Assembly (NCBI GenBank): GCA_028716705.1
Contig: JAQUPI010000002.1
Coordinates: forward strand, 14,067-78,066
Length of the DNA stretch: 64,000 bases
Reading direction: 5' to 3'
Source of the DNA: Candidatus Omnitrophota bacterium
GTDB taxonomy: Bacteria; Omnitrophota; Gorgyraeia; Gygaellales; Profunditerraquicolaceae
Shown here: positions 28,311-41,100 of the stretch, piece after piece
Layout of the letters: every line of letters starts with the position of its first letter
How positions within the stretch are numbered: position 1 is the first letter of the stretch
Made by a program: the position numbers and the translations under genes
Notes under the pieces: model-generated
The model's input: only the letters and a program-made list of their open reading frames with translations
Database searches by the model: none
What the model was told of the DNA's origin: nothing

Positions 28311-28964
28311 TTATATAACCACTACAAATTCTCCAAGCGGCTTACGCTCTTTAAAGGACTCCAGGATTTCGTTTGCGCTTCCCCTCTTGGCCTCTTCGAA
28401 TTTCTTAGTTAATTCCCGGCAGCAGACTATTTCTCTTTCCCCAAAAACTTCCCCGATATCCCGTAACGTCTTAAGGACCCTGTGGCAGGACTCATAGAAA
28501 ACCAGGGTGCAACCTAACTTCGCGATCTGTCTGAGGCGGTTTTTTCTCGCCAGCGGTCCCCGCGGCAAAAAACCTTCAAAAAAGAATTTATGCGCCGGCT
28601 TTCCGGAAATAACCAGGGCGTTAATGAAAGCGACCGGCCCAGGTATAAGCGTTATCCCTACGCCGTTCTTTATGGCTAAATTAATGATATTGTAGCCCGG
28701 GTCAAGTATGCCTGGGGTGCCCGCGTCTGAGATAAGGGCGATCGTTTTCCCTTCCTTCAGCAGCCTCAGAAGATATTCGCCTTTGGTGAGCTTATTGTGC
28801 TGAAAATAACTGGTGGTAGGCGCGCCAATACCGTAATGCTCAAGCAATAAGCGGCTGTGCCGGGTATCCTCGCAGGCGATTAAATCCGCGGATTTTAAAA
28901 CTTCGATAGCCCGCAAACTTATGTCTTTGAGATTGCCAATGGGCGTAGAGACAATATATAACAT
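28311..28964 (-). CDS. rsmI: 16S rRNA (cytidine1402-2'-O)-methyltransferase
   Basis: 217 aa with LYIVSTPIGNL and ACEDTRHS motifs. Confidence 0.8.
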   Translation of the reverse strand: MLYIVSTPIGNLKDISLRAIEVLKSADLIACEDTRHSRLLLEHYGIGAPTTSYFQHNKLTKGEYLLRLLKEGKTIALISDAGTPGILDPGYNIINLAIKNGVGITLIPGPVAFINALVISGKPAHKFFFEGFLPRGPLARKNRLRQIAKLGCTLVFYESCHRVLKTLRDIGEVFGEREIVCCRELTKKFEEAKRGSANEILESFKERKPLGEFVVVI

Positions 28965-28982
28965 CGTTCGCGTCGTTAAATA

Positions 28983-30821
28983 TTATTCAACGGTTACGGA
29001 TTTGGCAAGATTCCGCGGCTGATCCACGTCACAACCGCGCTTGACGGCGATATGGTAAGCGATCAACTGCAAGGGGAGCGCGATTAAAAGAGGAGAAAAT
29101 AACTCGCTGCATCGCGGGACATAGATCACCTGTTCGGTATGCTCTCTGATCTTTTCATCGCCTTCAGTGGCAATGACGACTATTTTTCCCTTTCGGGCCT
29201 TGATCTCCTGAAGATTGGAAACCATCTTTTCGTAGACCTTCGATTCGCAGGATATACAGACTACCGCGCGATATTCATCGATAAGGGCGATGGGCCCGTG
29301 TTTCATTTCTCCGGCCGCGTAACCTTCGGCCGGTATGTACGAGATTTCCTTCAGTTTAAGCGCCCCTTCCAGCGCGGAAGGATAATTAATGTTCCTGCCC
29401 AGGTACAAGAAGGAGCCGAAATGCGCGTGGCGCTGGGCGAGCCGGGCAATGGCCTGCTGCGACGCCAGGATCTTTTCCTGGAGCAGATGAATGCCTGTAA
29501 GTTCCTGGAGGTAAGTGTTTATTTTCCCTTGCGGAAGGATATTCTTCAGGCCCGCGAGGTATAAAGCAAAAGTATACAGCGCTAAAAGCTGCGCTGTGTA
29601 GGCTTTAGTGGAGGCAACGCCTATCTCGGGCCCCGCGTGAGTATAAATGATCCCGTCGGATTCGCGCGTTAACGTCGAGCCGAGGACGTTACAAACCGCA
29701 AGCACCAAGGCACCGCGGCTCTTTGCTTCGCGTACCCCGGCCAGGGTATCCGCCGTTTCCCCGGACTGGCTGATCGCGATTACCAGCGTTTCTTTGTCTA
29801 TTAACAGGTCGCGGTAACGGAATTCGCTGGATACATCCACGGATACGGGTATCCCGCACAATGATTCTATAATATATTTTCCTATCATGCCGGCGTGATA
29901 GGCGGTGCCGCAGGCAACTACCGCGATATTCCTTGTATTTTTAAGCGCCTCTTCGGGAATGCGCTGCTCTTCGAAAGTGATCTTGCCCGTGTTCTTGCCG
30001 ATCCTTGAACTTAAAAAATCCTGCAGTAATTTCGGCTGCTCGTTGATCTCCTTAAGCATAAAGTGCGCGTAGCCGGATTTTTGCGCGCTGGCGACATCCC
30101 AGTTTATCCGGGTAGCAGGCCGGGAAATTACCTTGCTGGAAAAATCCGTAATCGTAATTTTTGATTTGGTCAGGACGACAAATTCTTTTTCGTTCAAGAA
30201 AATGATGTCGCGGGTCGAGCCTAAAATCGCGGGCGCGTCCGAGGCGAGGAAATTCTCTTCCCTGCCTATGCCGACGATCAAAGGAGAACCCTGCCGGGCT
30301 CCGATAAGCTTATCCGGCTCCCGGCTGGAGATTACGCCTATGGCGAAGGAACCTTCTAAAAGGCCGATGGCCTTTCTTACCGCCTCCTCAAGGCAGAAGC
30401 TTTTCAGGAACTTTTCAATCAGGTGAGCTATAACCTCGGTATCCGTCTGGCTGGTAAATTTGTGGCCTTCACGAACAAGCTGCGCTTTAAGGGGCGCGTA
30501 ATTTTCAATTATGCCGTTATGCACGACCGCGATCTCGCCCGAACAATCCATGTGGGGGTGGGCGTTTTCCTGATTCGGAGCGCCATGCGTCGCCCATCGC
30601 GTATGCGCAATGCCCGGGGAACCGCAAAGCGGCTTTTTTTTGAGGATATTTTCCAGGGCGGCGATCTTTCCCGGTGATTTGCGGATAGAGATCAAGTTCT
30701 TGCTAGAGAGGACCAATGCCATACCGCTGGAATCGTAACCCCTGTATTCCAGTGATTTTAAACCGTTAAGCAGTATGGACTGACTTTCTCTTTGGCCTAT
30801 ATAACCTACTATCCCGCACAT
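28983..30821 (-). CDS. glmS: Glutamine--fructose-6-phosphate aminotransferase
   Basis: MCGIVGY N-terminal nucleophile and two SIS domains ending ...VDQPRNLAKSVTVE. The track ORF begins at an upstream TTG; start set to the Met preceding Cys. Confidence 0.9.
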   Translation of the reverse strand: MCGIVGYIGQRESQSILLNGLKSLEYRGYDSSGMALVLSSKNLISIRKSPGKIAALENILKKKPLCGSPGIAHTRWATHGAPNQENAHPHMDCSGEIAVVHNGIIENYAPLKAQLVREGHKFTSQTDTEVIAHLIEKFLKSFCLEEAVRKAIGLLEGSFAIGVISSREPDKLIGARQGSPLIVGIGREENFLASDAPAILGSTRDIIFLNEKEFVVLTKSKITITDFSSKVISRPATRINWDVASAQKSGYAHFMLKEINEQPKLLQDFLSSRIGKNTGKITFEEQRIPEEALKNTRNIAVVACGTAYHAGMIGKYIIESLCGIPVSVDVSSEFRYRDLLIDKETLVIAISQSGETADTLAGVREAKSRGALVLAVCNVLGSTLTRESDGIIYTHAGPEIGVASTKAYTAQLLALYTFALYLAGLKNILPQGKINTYLQELTGIHLLQEKILASQQAIARLAQRHAHFGSFLYLGRNINYPSALEGALKLKEISYIPAEGYAAGEMKHGPIALIDEYRAVVCISCESKVYEKMVSNLQEIKARKGKIVVIATEGDEKIREHTEQVIYVPRCSELFSPLLIALPLQLIAYHIAVKRGCDVDQPRNLAKSVTVE

Positions 30822-30842
30822 ATATTTTAGGCTGATATTTAG

Positions 30843-30917
30843 CGTCCCCAACCGGATTTGAACCGGTGTCGAGAGCTTGAAAAGCTCTTGTCCTAGACCA
30901 GGCTAGACGATGGGGAC
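30843..30917 (-). tRNA. tRNA-Glu (TTC)
   Basis: Reverse complement GTCCCCATCGTCTAGCCTGGTCTAGGACAAGAGCTTTTCAAGCTCTCGACACCGGTTCAAATCCGGTTGGGGACG. Anticodon loop TTTTCAA. Confidence 0.9.
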
Positions 30918-30924
30918 AGATTAT

Positions 30925-33354
30925 TTACTCTTCTTCCGCGATAACGTGGGCAACTCCGGAAACCCGGTCTTTGCCTTGCAGTTTAATTAACCGCACCCCC
31001 TGCGCGGACCTTCCCGTAGCGCGTATATCTTTTACCGCGCAACGCAAAAACATCCCGTTCTGCGTGATGACCATAAGCTCATCTTTATCGTTTACGGTCT
31101 TAAGGCTTACTACCTCTCCATTCTTATCCGTAACGCGCATATTAATAATGCCTTTTCCGCCGCGGCTTGTCAAGCGGTATTCCTCGGCGGGAGTGCGTTT
31201 GGCGAAACCGAGCTGGGTGACGGTCAGGATGTTAGTTCCTTTCTGCGCGAGGATCATACCGATCACTTCGTCTTTCTTGCCTAAAGAGATCGCGCGCACG
31301 CCCCCGGCCTGCCTGCCCATATCGCGCACTTTATTTTCAGGAAATCTGATGGCTTTGCCCTGCCTGGTCCCGATAAGCAGCTCATGCTTGCCGTCGGTCA
31401 GCTCAACCCCGATAAGCTCATCCCCCTTATCGAGGGTAATGCCGATAATCCCGCCTTTGCGGGGATTGCCGTAAGCGTCAAGTTTGGTTTTTTTGATCTT
31501 ACCCTGCCTGGTAACCATGACCAGGTATTTATCCCCGGAAAATTCTTTTACCGGCACGGTGGAGCTGACCTTGGAGCCCGCCTCCATATCCAAGAGATTA
31601 ACTATCGCCTTGCCCTTGGAAGTACGGCTGCCCTGAGGTATCTCATAAACTTTGAGCCAATGCACCTGCCCCTTGCCAGTAAAGATTAAAAGATATTCTT
31701 TGGTTGAGGCCACAAAGAGGTGCTCTACGAAGTCTTCTTCCTTGACCTCGGCTCCGGTTGCTCCCGTGCCTCCCCGCCTCTGTTTACGGTAAGCGCTCAC
31801 CGGGAGGCGTTTTATATACCCTCCGTGGCTGATGGTGACTACCACGTCTTCTTCGGCGATCAAGTCCTCGACTTCCAATTCTTCCACTTCTCCGACGATA
31901 TCCGTCCTGCGCTCATCGCCGTATTTTTTCTTCAGGTTCTCCAGCTCCTCCTTGATAATGCCTTCTACTTTCTTCTCGGAAGCAAGGATGGCTCTGCATA
32001 ATTCGATCTTCTTTAAAAGCTCCGCGTATTCCGCGTCGATCTTATCCCGCTCGAGGGCGGTAAGCCGCTGGAGCTGCATCTCCAGTATGGCCTGGGACTG
32101 CGCATCGGAAAGGCCGAATTCCTTCATCATCCGGGCCTTGGCCTCTTCAGTGTTCTTGGACGTTTTTATCAGCTTGATGATCCGGTCAATATTTTTCAGG
32201 GCGATCTTCAGGCCTTCCAGTATGTGCGCCCTCTTCAGGGCCTTGTCCAGCTCGAATTGCGTCCTGCGGCGGATGATATTTTTACGGTGGTCTATGTAAT
32301 ACCCCAGGACCTGCCGCAGGGTCAGCACCCTCGGCCGGTTATCCACCAGCGCCAGCATGATAATGCCGAAGGTCGTTTCCAGCTGGGTATGTTTGAACAG
32401 CTGATTCAATACTATCTGCGGCTCAACGTCGCGCTTTAGCTCCACCACCATCCTTAAGCCGTCCTTATCGGATTCATCGCGGATGTCCGAGATACCTTCT
32501 ATTTTTTTCTCATCCACCAGGTTGGCTATAGATTCGATGATCGAGGATTTTTGGATCTGATAGGGGATTTCGGTGACGACGATCAGGTCTTTCCCGTTTT
32601 TCTGGTGCTCAACCGTAGCCCTGGCCCGCAAGGTAACCTTGCCTTTGCCCGAAGCGTAAGCTTCTTTGATGCCTTCCTTGCCGCAGATGACCCCTCCGGT
32701 AGGAAAATCCGGCCCCTTTACATAACGCATCAGGTCTTTTAGTTCGGCCTCCGGCTGGTCCAATAGGTAAATAATGGCGTCCGCGACCTCGTTAAGATTA
32801 TGCGGAGGAATGTTCGTAGCCATGCCCACGGCGATTCCGCTCGAGCCGTTTACCAGCAAATTGGGCAGCGCCGCGGGGAGCAAAAGCGGCTCTTTCAGCG
32901 AAGAATCGAAATTGGGCCCGAAATCCACCGTTTCCTTGTCGATATCGCCGAGCATCTCGTCGCTAATGGCATCCAGGCGGGCTTCGGTATACCGCATCGC
33001 CGCGGCAGCGTCCCCGTCGATCGATCCAAAATTACCCTGGCCTTCCACCAAGGGGTAACGCAAAGAGAAATCCTGCGCCATCCTTACCAGGGTGTCGTAG
33101 ACCGCCACGTCTCCGTGCGGATGGTATTTACCCAAAACTTCTCCGACGATACGCGCGCATTTCTTGTAGGGCTTGCTGTGGTCAAGATTCAATTCCTGCA
33201 TGGCAAAAAGGATCCTGCGGTGGACGGGCTTTAAGCCATCGCGCACGTCAGGCAAGGCCCGTCCGACGATTACGCTCATGGCGTAATTTAAATACGAGTC
33301 CTTTACTTCCTCTTCGATACAAACCGGGACTATCTTTTCATTGCGAGTGTACAT
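30925..33354 (-). CDS. gyrA: DNA gyrase subunit A
   Basis: 809 aa with [23 protein letters not shown] and C-terminal beta-pinwheel repeats. Confidence 0.95.
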   Translation of the reverse strand: MYTRNEKIVPVCIEEEVKDSYLNYAMSVIVGRALPDVRDGLKPVHRRILFAMQELNLDHSKPYKKCARIVGEVLGKYHPHGDVAVYDTLVRMAQDFSLRYPLVEGQGNFGSIDGDAAAAMRYTEARLDAISDEMLGDIDKETVDFGPNFDSSLKEPLLLPAALPNLLVNGSSGIAVGMATNIPPHNLNEVADAIIYLLDQPEAELKDLMRYVKGPDFPTGGVICGKEGIKEAYASGKGKVTLRARATVEHQKNGKDLIVVTEIPYQIQKSSIIESIANLVDEKKIEGISDIRDESDKDGLRMVVELKRDVEPQIVLNQLFKHTQLETTFGIIMLALVDNRPRVLTLRQVLGYYIDHRKNIIRRRTQFELDKALKRAHILEGLKIALKNIDRIIKLIKTSKNTEEAKARMMKEFGLSDAQSQAILEMQLQRLTALERDKIDAEYAELLKKIELCRAILASEKKVEGIIKEELENLKKKYGDERRTDIVGEVEELEVEDLIAEEDVVVTISHGGYIKRLPVSAYRKQRRGGTGATGAEVKEEDFVEHLFVASTKEYLLIFTGKGQVHWLKVYEIPQGSRTSKGKAIVNLLDMEAGSKVSSTVPVKEFSGDKYLVMVTRQGKIKKTKLDAYGNPRKGGIIGITLDKGDELIGVELTDGKHELLIGTRQGKAIRFPENKVRDMGRQAGGVRAISLGKKDEVIGMILAQKGTNILTVTQLGFAKRTPAEEYRLTSRGGKGIINMRVTDKNGEVVSLKTVNDKDELMVITQNGMFLRCAVKDIRATGRSAQGVRLIKLQGKDRVSGVAHVIAEEE

Positions 33355-33355
33355 G

Positions 33356-36108
<2,753 letters not shown>

Positions 36109-36122
36109 CGGTATGCGCTTTA

Positions 36123-37214
36123 TTAATTTAAGCGCATGGGCAGCACGATATAAACATACCCGTTAATGCGGATCACCCCGGGTTTCTCCGCGTCAGTAAG
36201 TTCGAAAGCCACCCTCTCTTCGCACAAATTTTTAAGGACATCCATTAAGTAGCTCGGGTTAAAACCCGCTACGATCTCCTTGCCCTGATACTCAATGGGC
36301 ACTTCCTCCCTCGACTCCCCGACATCCGGCGTACTCTTGGAAACCACCATCTTGTTTTTAAATACCTCCAGTTTTACCGCCTGATAATCGGGGGTAGAAA
36401 GCAAGGCTGCCCTTTTTACCGCTAATAGGAATTGTTCCCTCCCGACACCGATCTTATTTTCCGCCGCGGGCGGGATTACCTGTTGGTAGTCGGGGAACTC
36501 GCCTTCGATCAAACGGGAAATGATTATGACATCGCCCAAGTCAAAAAGCGCCTGGTTATTCCCTAAAAGCATGGAGACCTCGCCCTCCTCCTGTAAGTTA
36601 CGGCTTAACTCCTGGATTGTTTTAAGAGGAACAATGATCTGCAAATCCTTCTCCGTGTTTTTATTTAACTTCCTCTGTATAACAGCCAGCCGCTTGCCGT
36701 CAGTGGCTACCAGAGTAATATTATCCCGGCTGATCTTAAATAATATACCGTTCAGAATATACCTGGTTTCATCAATAGACACCGCAAAAGACGTAAGGGC
36801 AAGCATCTCCTTAAGAACGGCTTGCTCTATCTTTAATACGCCGCCCTCCTTGAATTCGGGTAATTTTGGGAAATCCTCAAAAGGCAGCCCCATTATCTTA
36901 AACTGGCATGATTTTGTCTCAATAATAACCAAGTTGTTCTTCTTGGTGTTAATGTTTAACTTATCATCGGGGAGCTCTTTAATAATATCCCCGAACCTTT
37001 TCGCGGGAATAGTAATCATTCCTGGTTCCTGGATATCCACAGGAATTACACAGCTTATCCCTACATCCAGATCCGTAGCGGTTAACCTTATTTTATCCTT
37101 TTCCGCTTCCACCAATATATTGGATAATATGGGTAAGGCGGACCTGACTGAGATCACATTTTGAACTTTCTGTATTCCGGCGATTAATTTATCCTTGCTA
37201 ATTTCCACTTTCAT
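36123..37214 (-). CDS. dnaN: DNA polymerase III beta sliding clamp
   Basis: 363 aa, three-domain clamp ending ...PMRLN. Confidence 0.9.
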   Translation of the reverse strand: MKVEISKDKLIAGIQKVQNVISVRSALPILSNILVEAEKDKIRLTATDLDVGISCVIPVDIQEPGMITIPAKRFGDIIKELPDDKLNINTKKNNLVIIETKSCQFKIMGLPFEDFPKLPEFKEGGVLKIEQAVLKEMLALTSFAVSIDETRYILNGILFKISRDNITLVATDGKRLAVIQRKLNKNTEKDLQIIVPLKTIQELSRNLQEEGEVSMLLGNNQALFDLGDVIIISRLIEGEFPDYQQVIPPAAENKIGVGREQFLLAVKRAALLSTPDYQAVKLEVFKNKMVVSKSTPDVGESREEVPIEYQGKEIVAGFNPSYLMDVLKNLCEERVAFELTDAEKPGVIRINGYVYIVLPMRLN

Positions 37215-37395
37215 TTGGATAGCCCTCGCGTTAAATAACCCCTTAGTTTAGGTTCTATTATTATTTAATAGTTAAATAAATATAATCTTAATAGTAGTAA
37301 AGAGTTTCATCCTTGTTAAGATCAGGTTAACCCCATATAGAATCTTGGATTATGATAACCGCGCCGCTTTAATAACCTTATGATAACCTGGTAAT
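37215..37395. other. Candidate oriC segment between dnaA and dnaN
   Basis: A roughly 60-bp stretch of more than 85% AT (ttctattattatttaatagttaaataaatataatcttaatagtagtaaag) is followed by four or five direct repeats of (T/G)(G/A)ATAACC and a TTATCCAGG-like box at 37408. Gene strand bias flips nearby. Confidence 0.4.
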
Positions 37396-38736
37396 TTATT
37401 GTTGAATAACCTGGATAATCCTTTCTACCTTGTTTTTTAAAAAACTATCAGTGTTGATGTCCCCTTTGATCTTATTGAACGAATGCAATACGGTAGTGTG
37501 GTCTTTACCCCCAAAATAATTGCCTATTTCAGGAAGCGACAGGTCTGTTAACTCCCTGCTTAAATACATTGCCACTTGCCTCGGGACGACTATGTTCTTA
37601 TTGCGCCGCTTCATTTTTAGCTCTTGTAACGATACGGCAAATTCTTCGGCAACACAACGCTGGATGAAATCGACAGTGATCAACTTCTTAGCCTCTTTTA
37701 ACAGATCCCTTAACACGCCTTTTGCTAATTCCAGGGTAATGGGTTTTTCCTCCAATAGGGCGTAGGCGATGATGCGTATCAGGGCGCCTTCTAATTCCCG
37801 GACGTTGGTTTTGATCAGCTGGGCGATGAAGAAGATAACATCATCGGGAACCGAAATGGGCTCTCTCTCTATTTTCTTCTTTAAAATGGCCACGCGCGTT
37901 TCCAGGTCTGGCGGCTGGATATCCGTGGTCAGCCCCCACCCAAAACGCGAAACCAGCCTGTCCTGCAGGTTGGATATTTCTTTCGGCGGCCGGTCGGAAG
38001 ATATTATGATCTGTTTGTGGGCATCGTATAATGCATTAAAAGTGTGGAAGAATTCTTCCTGGGTGGATTCTTTCCCGGCGATGAAATGTATGTCGTCGAT
38101 GACCAGCATGTCGGCGTTACGGTATTTTTGCCTGAAGGCCGGAGTAGAATGATGTTGTATCGCGTCGATCAATTCATTGGTGAATTTCTCCGAGCTCATG
38201 TAGCACATTTTTAAATTTCCCCCAAGCTTTTCTTTGGTGCGGTGGCATATTGCCTGCATTAAATGCGTTTTGCCCAGGCCGACCCCCCCGTAAATGAATA
38301 GGGGATTATAGGCCTTCGCGGGAGAATCGGCCACGGCCAAAGAATAGGCGTGCGCGTGACGGTTAGACGAGCCGACCACGAAATTCTCGAATGTGTAGCG
38401 CGGGTTAAGGGCGAAGGATTCCCGGAGGTCTTTTGTTTTTCCGGGTGACTGGCGTATCCCGGTTTCAGCGGCCTGGGCCGCGGCTTGCGGATTAACCTCA
38501 AAAGCGACTTGTACTCCTTCCTTCAGGCATGAGGCGGCCTCTTCTTCTATGATCCGCTTATAATGCTGCTCTACCCAGTCCCTAAAAAATTTATCCGGCG
38601 CCTGCAAGGTAAGCCCCTCTTTGTTATCCTCTTGCGGCCTTAATTGAAGGGGATTGATCCAGGTTTCAAAGGCGGATTTGCCCAGCTTGTCCCGTAAATG
38701 CTCTTTTATTTGATCCCAGGCTTTAAACATATTCAC
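37396..38736 (-). CDS. dnaA: Chromosomal replication initiator DnaA
   Basis: 446 aa with an AAA+ domain (GGVGLGKTHL) and a C-terminal DNA-binding domain. Confidence 0.95.
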   Translation of the reverse strand: MNMFKAWDQIKEHLRDKLGKSAFETWINPLQLRPQEDNKEGLTLQAPDKFFRDWVEQHYKRIIEEEAASCLKEGVQVAFEVNPQAAAQAAETGIRQSPGKTKDLRESFALNPRYTFENFVVGSSNRHAHAYSLAVADSPAKAYNPLFIYGGVGLGKTHLMQAICHRTKEKLGGNLKMCYMSSEKFTNELIDAIQHHSTPAFRQKYRNADMLVIDDIHFIAGKESTQEEFFHTFNALYDAHKQIIISSDRPPKEISNLQDRLVSRFGWGLTTDIQPPDLETRVAILKKKIEREPISVPDDVIFFIAQLIKTNVRELEGALIRIIAYALLEEKPITLELAKGVLRDLLKEAKKLITVDFIQRCVAEEFAVSLQELKMKRRNKNIVVPRQVAMYLSRELTDLSLPEIGNYFGGKDHTTVLHSFNKIKGDINTDSFLKNKVERIIQVIQQ

Positions 38737-38868
38737 AGCTTATTAACACCTTGAATAAATCTGTGCAAACATTATAACAAAAACGCCTCTACCACACAAG
38801 AAAAAAGGCAGCAGGTAAAAAGTGCGCCCATTATACAGCATTCCTTATGCCAGTCAATAAAAATATTA

Positions 38869-38948
38869 TTGACCCCCTTTAAAATTATGGTATACTGATG
38901 CAAATCCAACTGGTTATGTGTTGACTTTAAACCCAGGTATGGTATACT
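38869..38948 (+). promoter_or_regulatory. Two tandem near-consensus sigma70 promoters for rpmH
   Basis: P1 is TTGACC-N16-TGgTATACT and P2 is TTGACT-N16-TGgTATACT. ATGGTATACT is directly repeated. The AAGGAGA SD lies 9 nt before the rpmH ATG. Confidence 0.5.
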
Positions 38949-38990
38949 TTTTTCTTTAAAAGAAAGTGACAACAAGGAGAAATAAGGACC

Positions 38991-39128
38991 ATGAAGAAAC
39001 ATCTAAAAACGCCCACCAATATAGTAGGTAAACGCAAGCATGGCTTCCGTCGCAGAATGGCCACAAAAGCCGGAAGAAGGGTTTTAAAGCGCAGGCGCCA
39101 GGCGGGAAGGAAGCGCATCTCTCTCTAA
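38991..39128 (+). CDS. rpmH: 50S ribosomal protein L34
   Basis: 45 aa, [45 protein letters not shown]. Not in the ORF track because it is under 60 aa. Confidence 0.9.
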   Translation: MKKHLKTPTNIVGKRKHGFRRRMATKAGRRVLKRRRQAGRKRISL

Positions 39129-39343
39129 TGTTGGCAAGATCGGCTTGTAAGCTTATAGAAATATACCAAACATATATCCGGATAGCGCTGCCTCACTCAT
39201 GCCGCTTCGCCCCCACCTGTTCAGAATACACAAAAGAGGCTATTTCAAGATACGGTTTCTTCCGGGGGACCTTTAAAGGGGTAAGAAGGCTCTTACGGTG
39301 CCAACCATTTTCGCGGAAATTCGGTTATGATCCTGTAAATTAA
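39128..39343 (+). CDS. yidD: Membrane protein insertion efficiency factor YidD
   Basis: 71 aa with the CRFAPTCSEY motif. Its ATG overlaps the rpmH TAA (TAATG). No rnpA lies between rpmH and yidD. Confidence 0.8.
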   Translation: MLARSACKLIEIYQTYIRIALPHSCRFAPTCSEYTKEAISRYGFFRGTFKGVRRLLRCQPFSRKFGYDPVN

Positions 39344-39345
39344 AT

Positions 39346-40863
39346 ATGGAAACGGAAAAGCGTTTATTTTTAGCCATCGCGTTAGCCTTAGTTGTCTTGT
39401 TGAGCTGGTCAACGTTCGCTTCTAAGCGTTATCCCATTGAAAATAAACAAGTTACGACTAGCACGGCCAGCGTAAAACCATTTTCAAGGGTTCAGCCTTT
39501 ACCCCAAATCCCAGAATCTACCGACGATACCGAAACTAATTTCCCGCATGAAAAGTATGATATTGTTTTCAGTGAATCGCGGGCAGCGGTTAAATCCATA
39601 AATTTTAAAAGTTATCAAAACTACGTCTTTCCTTTGAAGTCCGGTTTTCAATTAAACCAGCCTGGTTTAAATTTCAAGACGAAAGAAATTGATCGAAAAA
39701 ACGCCATATTCGCGCATACAGATGCCGCTAAAGAGATCATCAAGAAATTTGATTTTTCCAAGTCTAATTATACCATAGGGTTAGAGATTACAGTCAAAAA
39801 TTTCTCCACAAACACGCTGAAGATGGCTCTCCCCGTGATCCTGGGAGAATTGAGCTCGGCGGGAGGGCATGAAGAAGCCAGGCTTAGGGACGTAACTTTT
39901 GCCGGCAGAGACAAGATAACGCATTTAAATTTACGCAAAGAAGCGGAGCAGGAGGAGATTAAATTCGTAGCTTTACGAGATAGGTACTTTTGCGCTATCC
40001 TCTCTCCTATTGCATCGACTTACAATGGTTATCTAAGCAAAAAAAGCGCCCAGGATTATGAGATTGGCGTATTAGGACCAGAATTCGAAGTATTGCCCGG
40101 CGAAGAAAAGATTTTTAACTTCGATATATATTTAGGGCCGCAAGAATTACGCCAGATCTCAAACATTAATCCGGATTGGACAGCGGTAATGTATTACGGG
40201 ACCTTTGATTTTATCGCCCACCTGCTCTTACAGTTATTGTATTTTATTTTTGGTTTGCTCAGAAATTGGGGCTTGACCATCGTAGTTATCAGCGTTATAA
40301 TTTATTTTATCCTTTTTCCACTATCTTTAAAACAGATGCATTCCATGAAACAGATGCAGGTTCTGCAGCCGCGTATTGAAGAGCTAAGAAAGGCTTATAA
40401 GAATAATCCCCAGAAGCTTAACGCGGAGATAATGCAATTATACAAGACCTATAAAGTCAACCCCTTTAGCGGCTGCCTGCCTTTAATTTTGCAGATACCC
40501 ATCTTCTTTGCTTTATATCAGGTACTTATCCGTTCAGTAGCCCTCAAGGGGGCGAGTTTCCTTTGGATAAAGGATTTATCCGCTCCTGACCGGTTATTTT
40601 TACTTCCTTTTTCTCTGCCGGTTCTGGGGAATGAGATCAATTTATTGCCTATTTTGATGACCATAGGGATGTTTGTTCAGCAGAAATTTTCCATGGCTAC
40701 TGCAACCTCTGGTTCCGCGGAGCAACAGAAATTGATGTTGATCTTGATGCCTCTCATGTTCGGCTTCATTTTTTATCATATGCCATCGGGTTTAGTTTTA
40801 TATTGGTTTACGAATAGCACGCTTATGCTCGTATATCAGTTGAAAATAAACCGACAAAAATAA
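39346..40863 (+). CDS. yidC: Membrane protein insertase YidC
   Basis: 505 aa with a periplasmic domain and a C-terminal 5-TM Oxa1 core. Confidence 0.9.
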   Translation: METEKRLFLAIALALVVLLSWSTFASKRYPIENKQVTTSTASVKPFSRVQPLPQIPESTDDTETNFPHEKYDIVFSESRAAVKSINFKSYQNYVFPLKSGFQLNQPGLNFKTKEIDRKNAIFAHTDAAKEIIKKFDFSKSNYTIGLEITVKNFSTNTLKMALPVILGELSSAGGHEEARLRDVTFAGRDKITHLNLRKEAEQEEIKFVALRDRYFCAILSPIASTYNGYLSKKSAQDYEIGVLGPEFEVLPGEEKIFNFDIYLGPQELRQISNINPDWTAVMYYGTFDFIAHLLLQLLYFIFGLLRNWGLTIVVISVIIYFILFPLSLKQMHSMKQMQVLQPRIEELRKAYKNNPQKLNAEIMQLYKTYKVNPFSGCLPLILQIPIFFALYQVLIRSVALKGASFLWIKDLSAPDRLFLLPFSLPVLGNEINLLPILMTIGMFVQQKFSMATATSGSAEQQKLMLILMPLMFGFIFYHMPSGLVLYWFTNSTLMLVYQLKINRQK

Positions 40864-40876
40864 ACTGCTCACCATA

Positions 40877-41086
40877 ATGCAAAAATACAATATTGAAATA
40901 GAGGCTAATACAGTCGAGGAAGCGGTAAAGCTGGCTTTAAAAGAGCTGAAGGTTCCCCGCTCGAAAGTTAAGATTGAAGTTCTTTCTGATGGAGAAAAAG
41001 GGCTTTTTGGCATGCCTGGCGCAAAACCAGCAAAGATCAGAGTGAGCGCGATTAAAGAACCTCGTTCCGCGGGGAACAATTCGTAA
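40877..41086 (+). CDS. Jag_N domain protein (KhpB/Jag N-terminal domain only)
   Basis: 69 aa, TVEEAVKLALKELKVPRSKVKIEVLSDGEKGLFGMPG. No KH or R3H domains follow. Confidence 0.5.
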   Translation: MQKYNIEIEANTVEEAVKLALKELKVPRSKVKIEVLSDGEKGLFGMPGAKPAKIRVSAIKEPRSAGNNS

Positions 41087-41100
41087 CTCATTGCAAATAA

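Noticed and set aside
38772-39118. Minus-strand ORFs 38772-39002 and 38927-39118 overlapping rpmH.
   Set aside because: They are antisense to the highly conserved L34 gene and its promoter region. Spurious.
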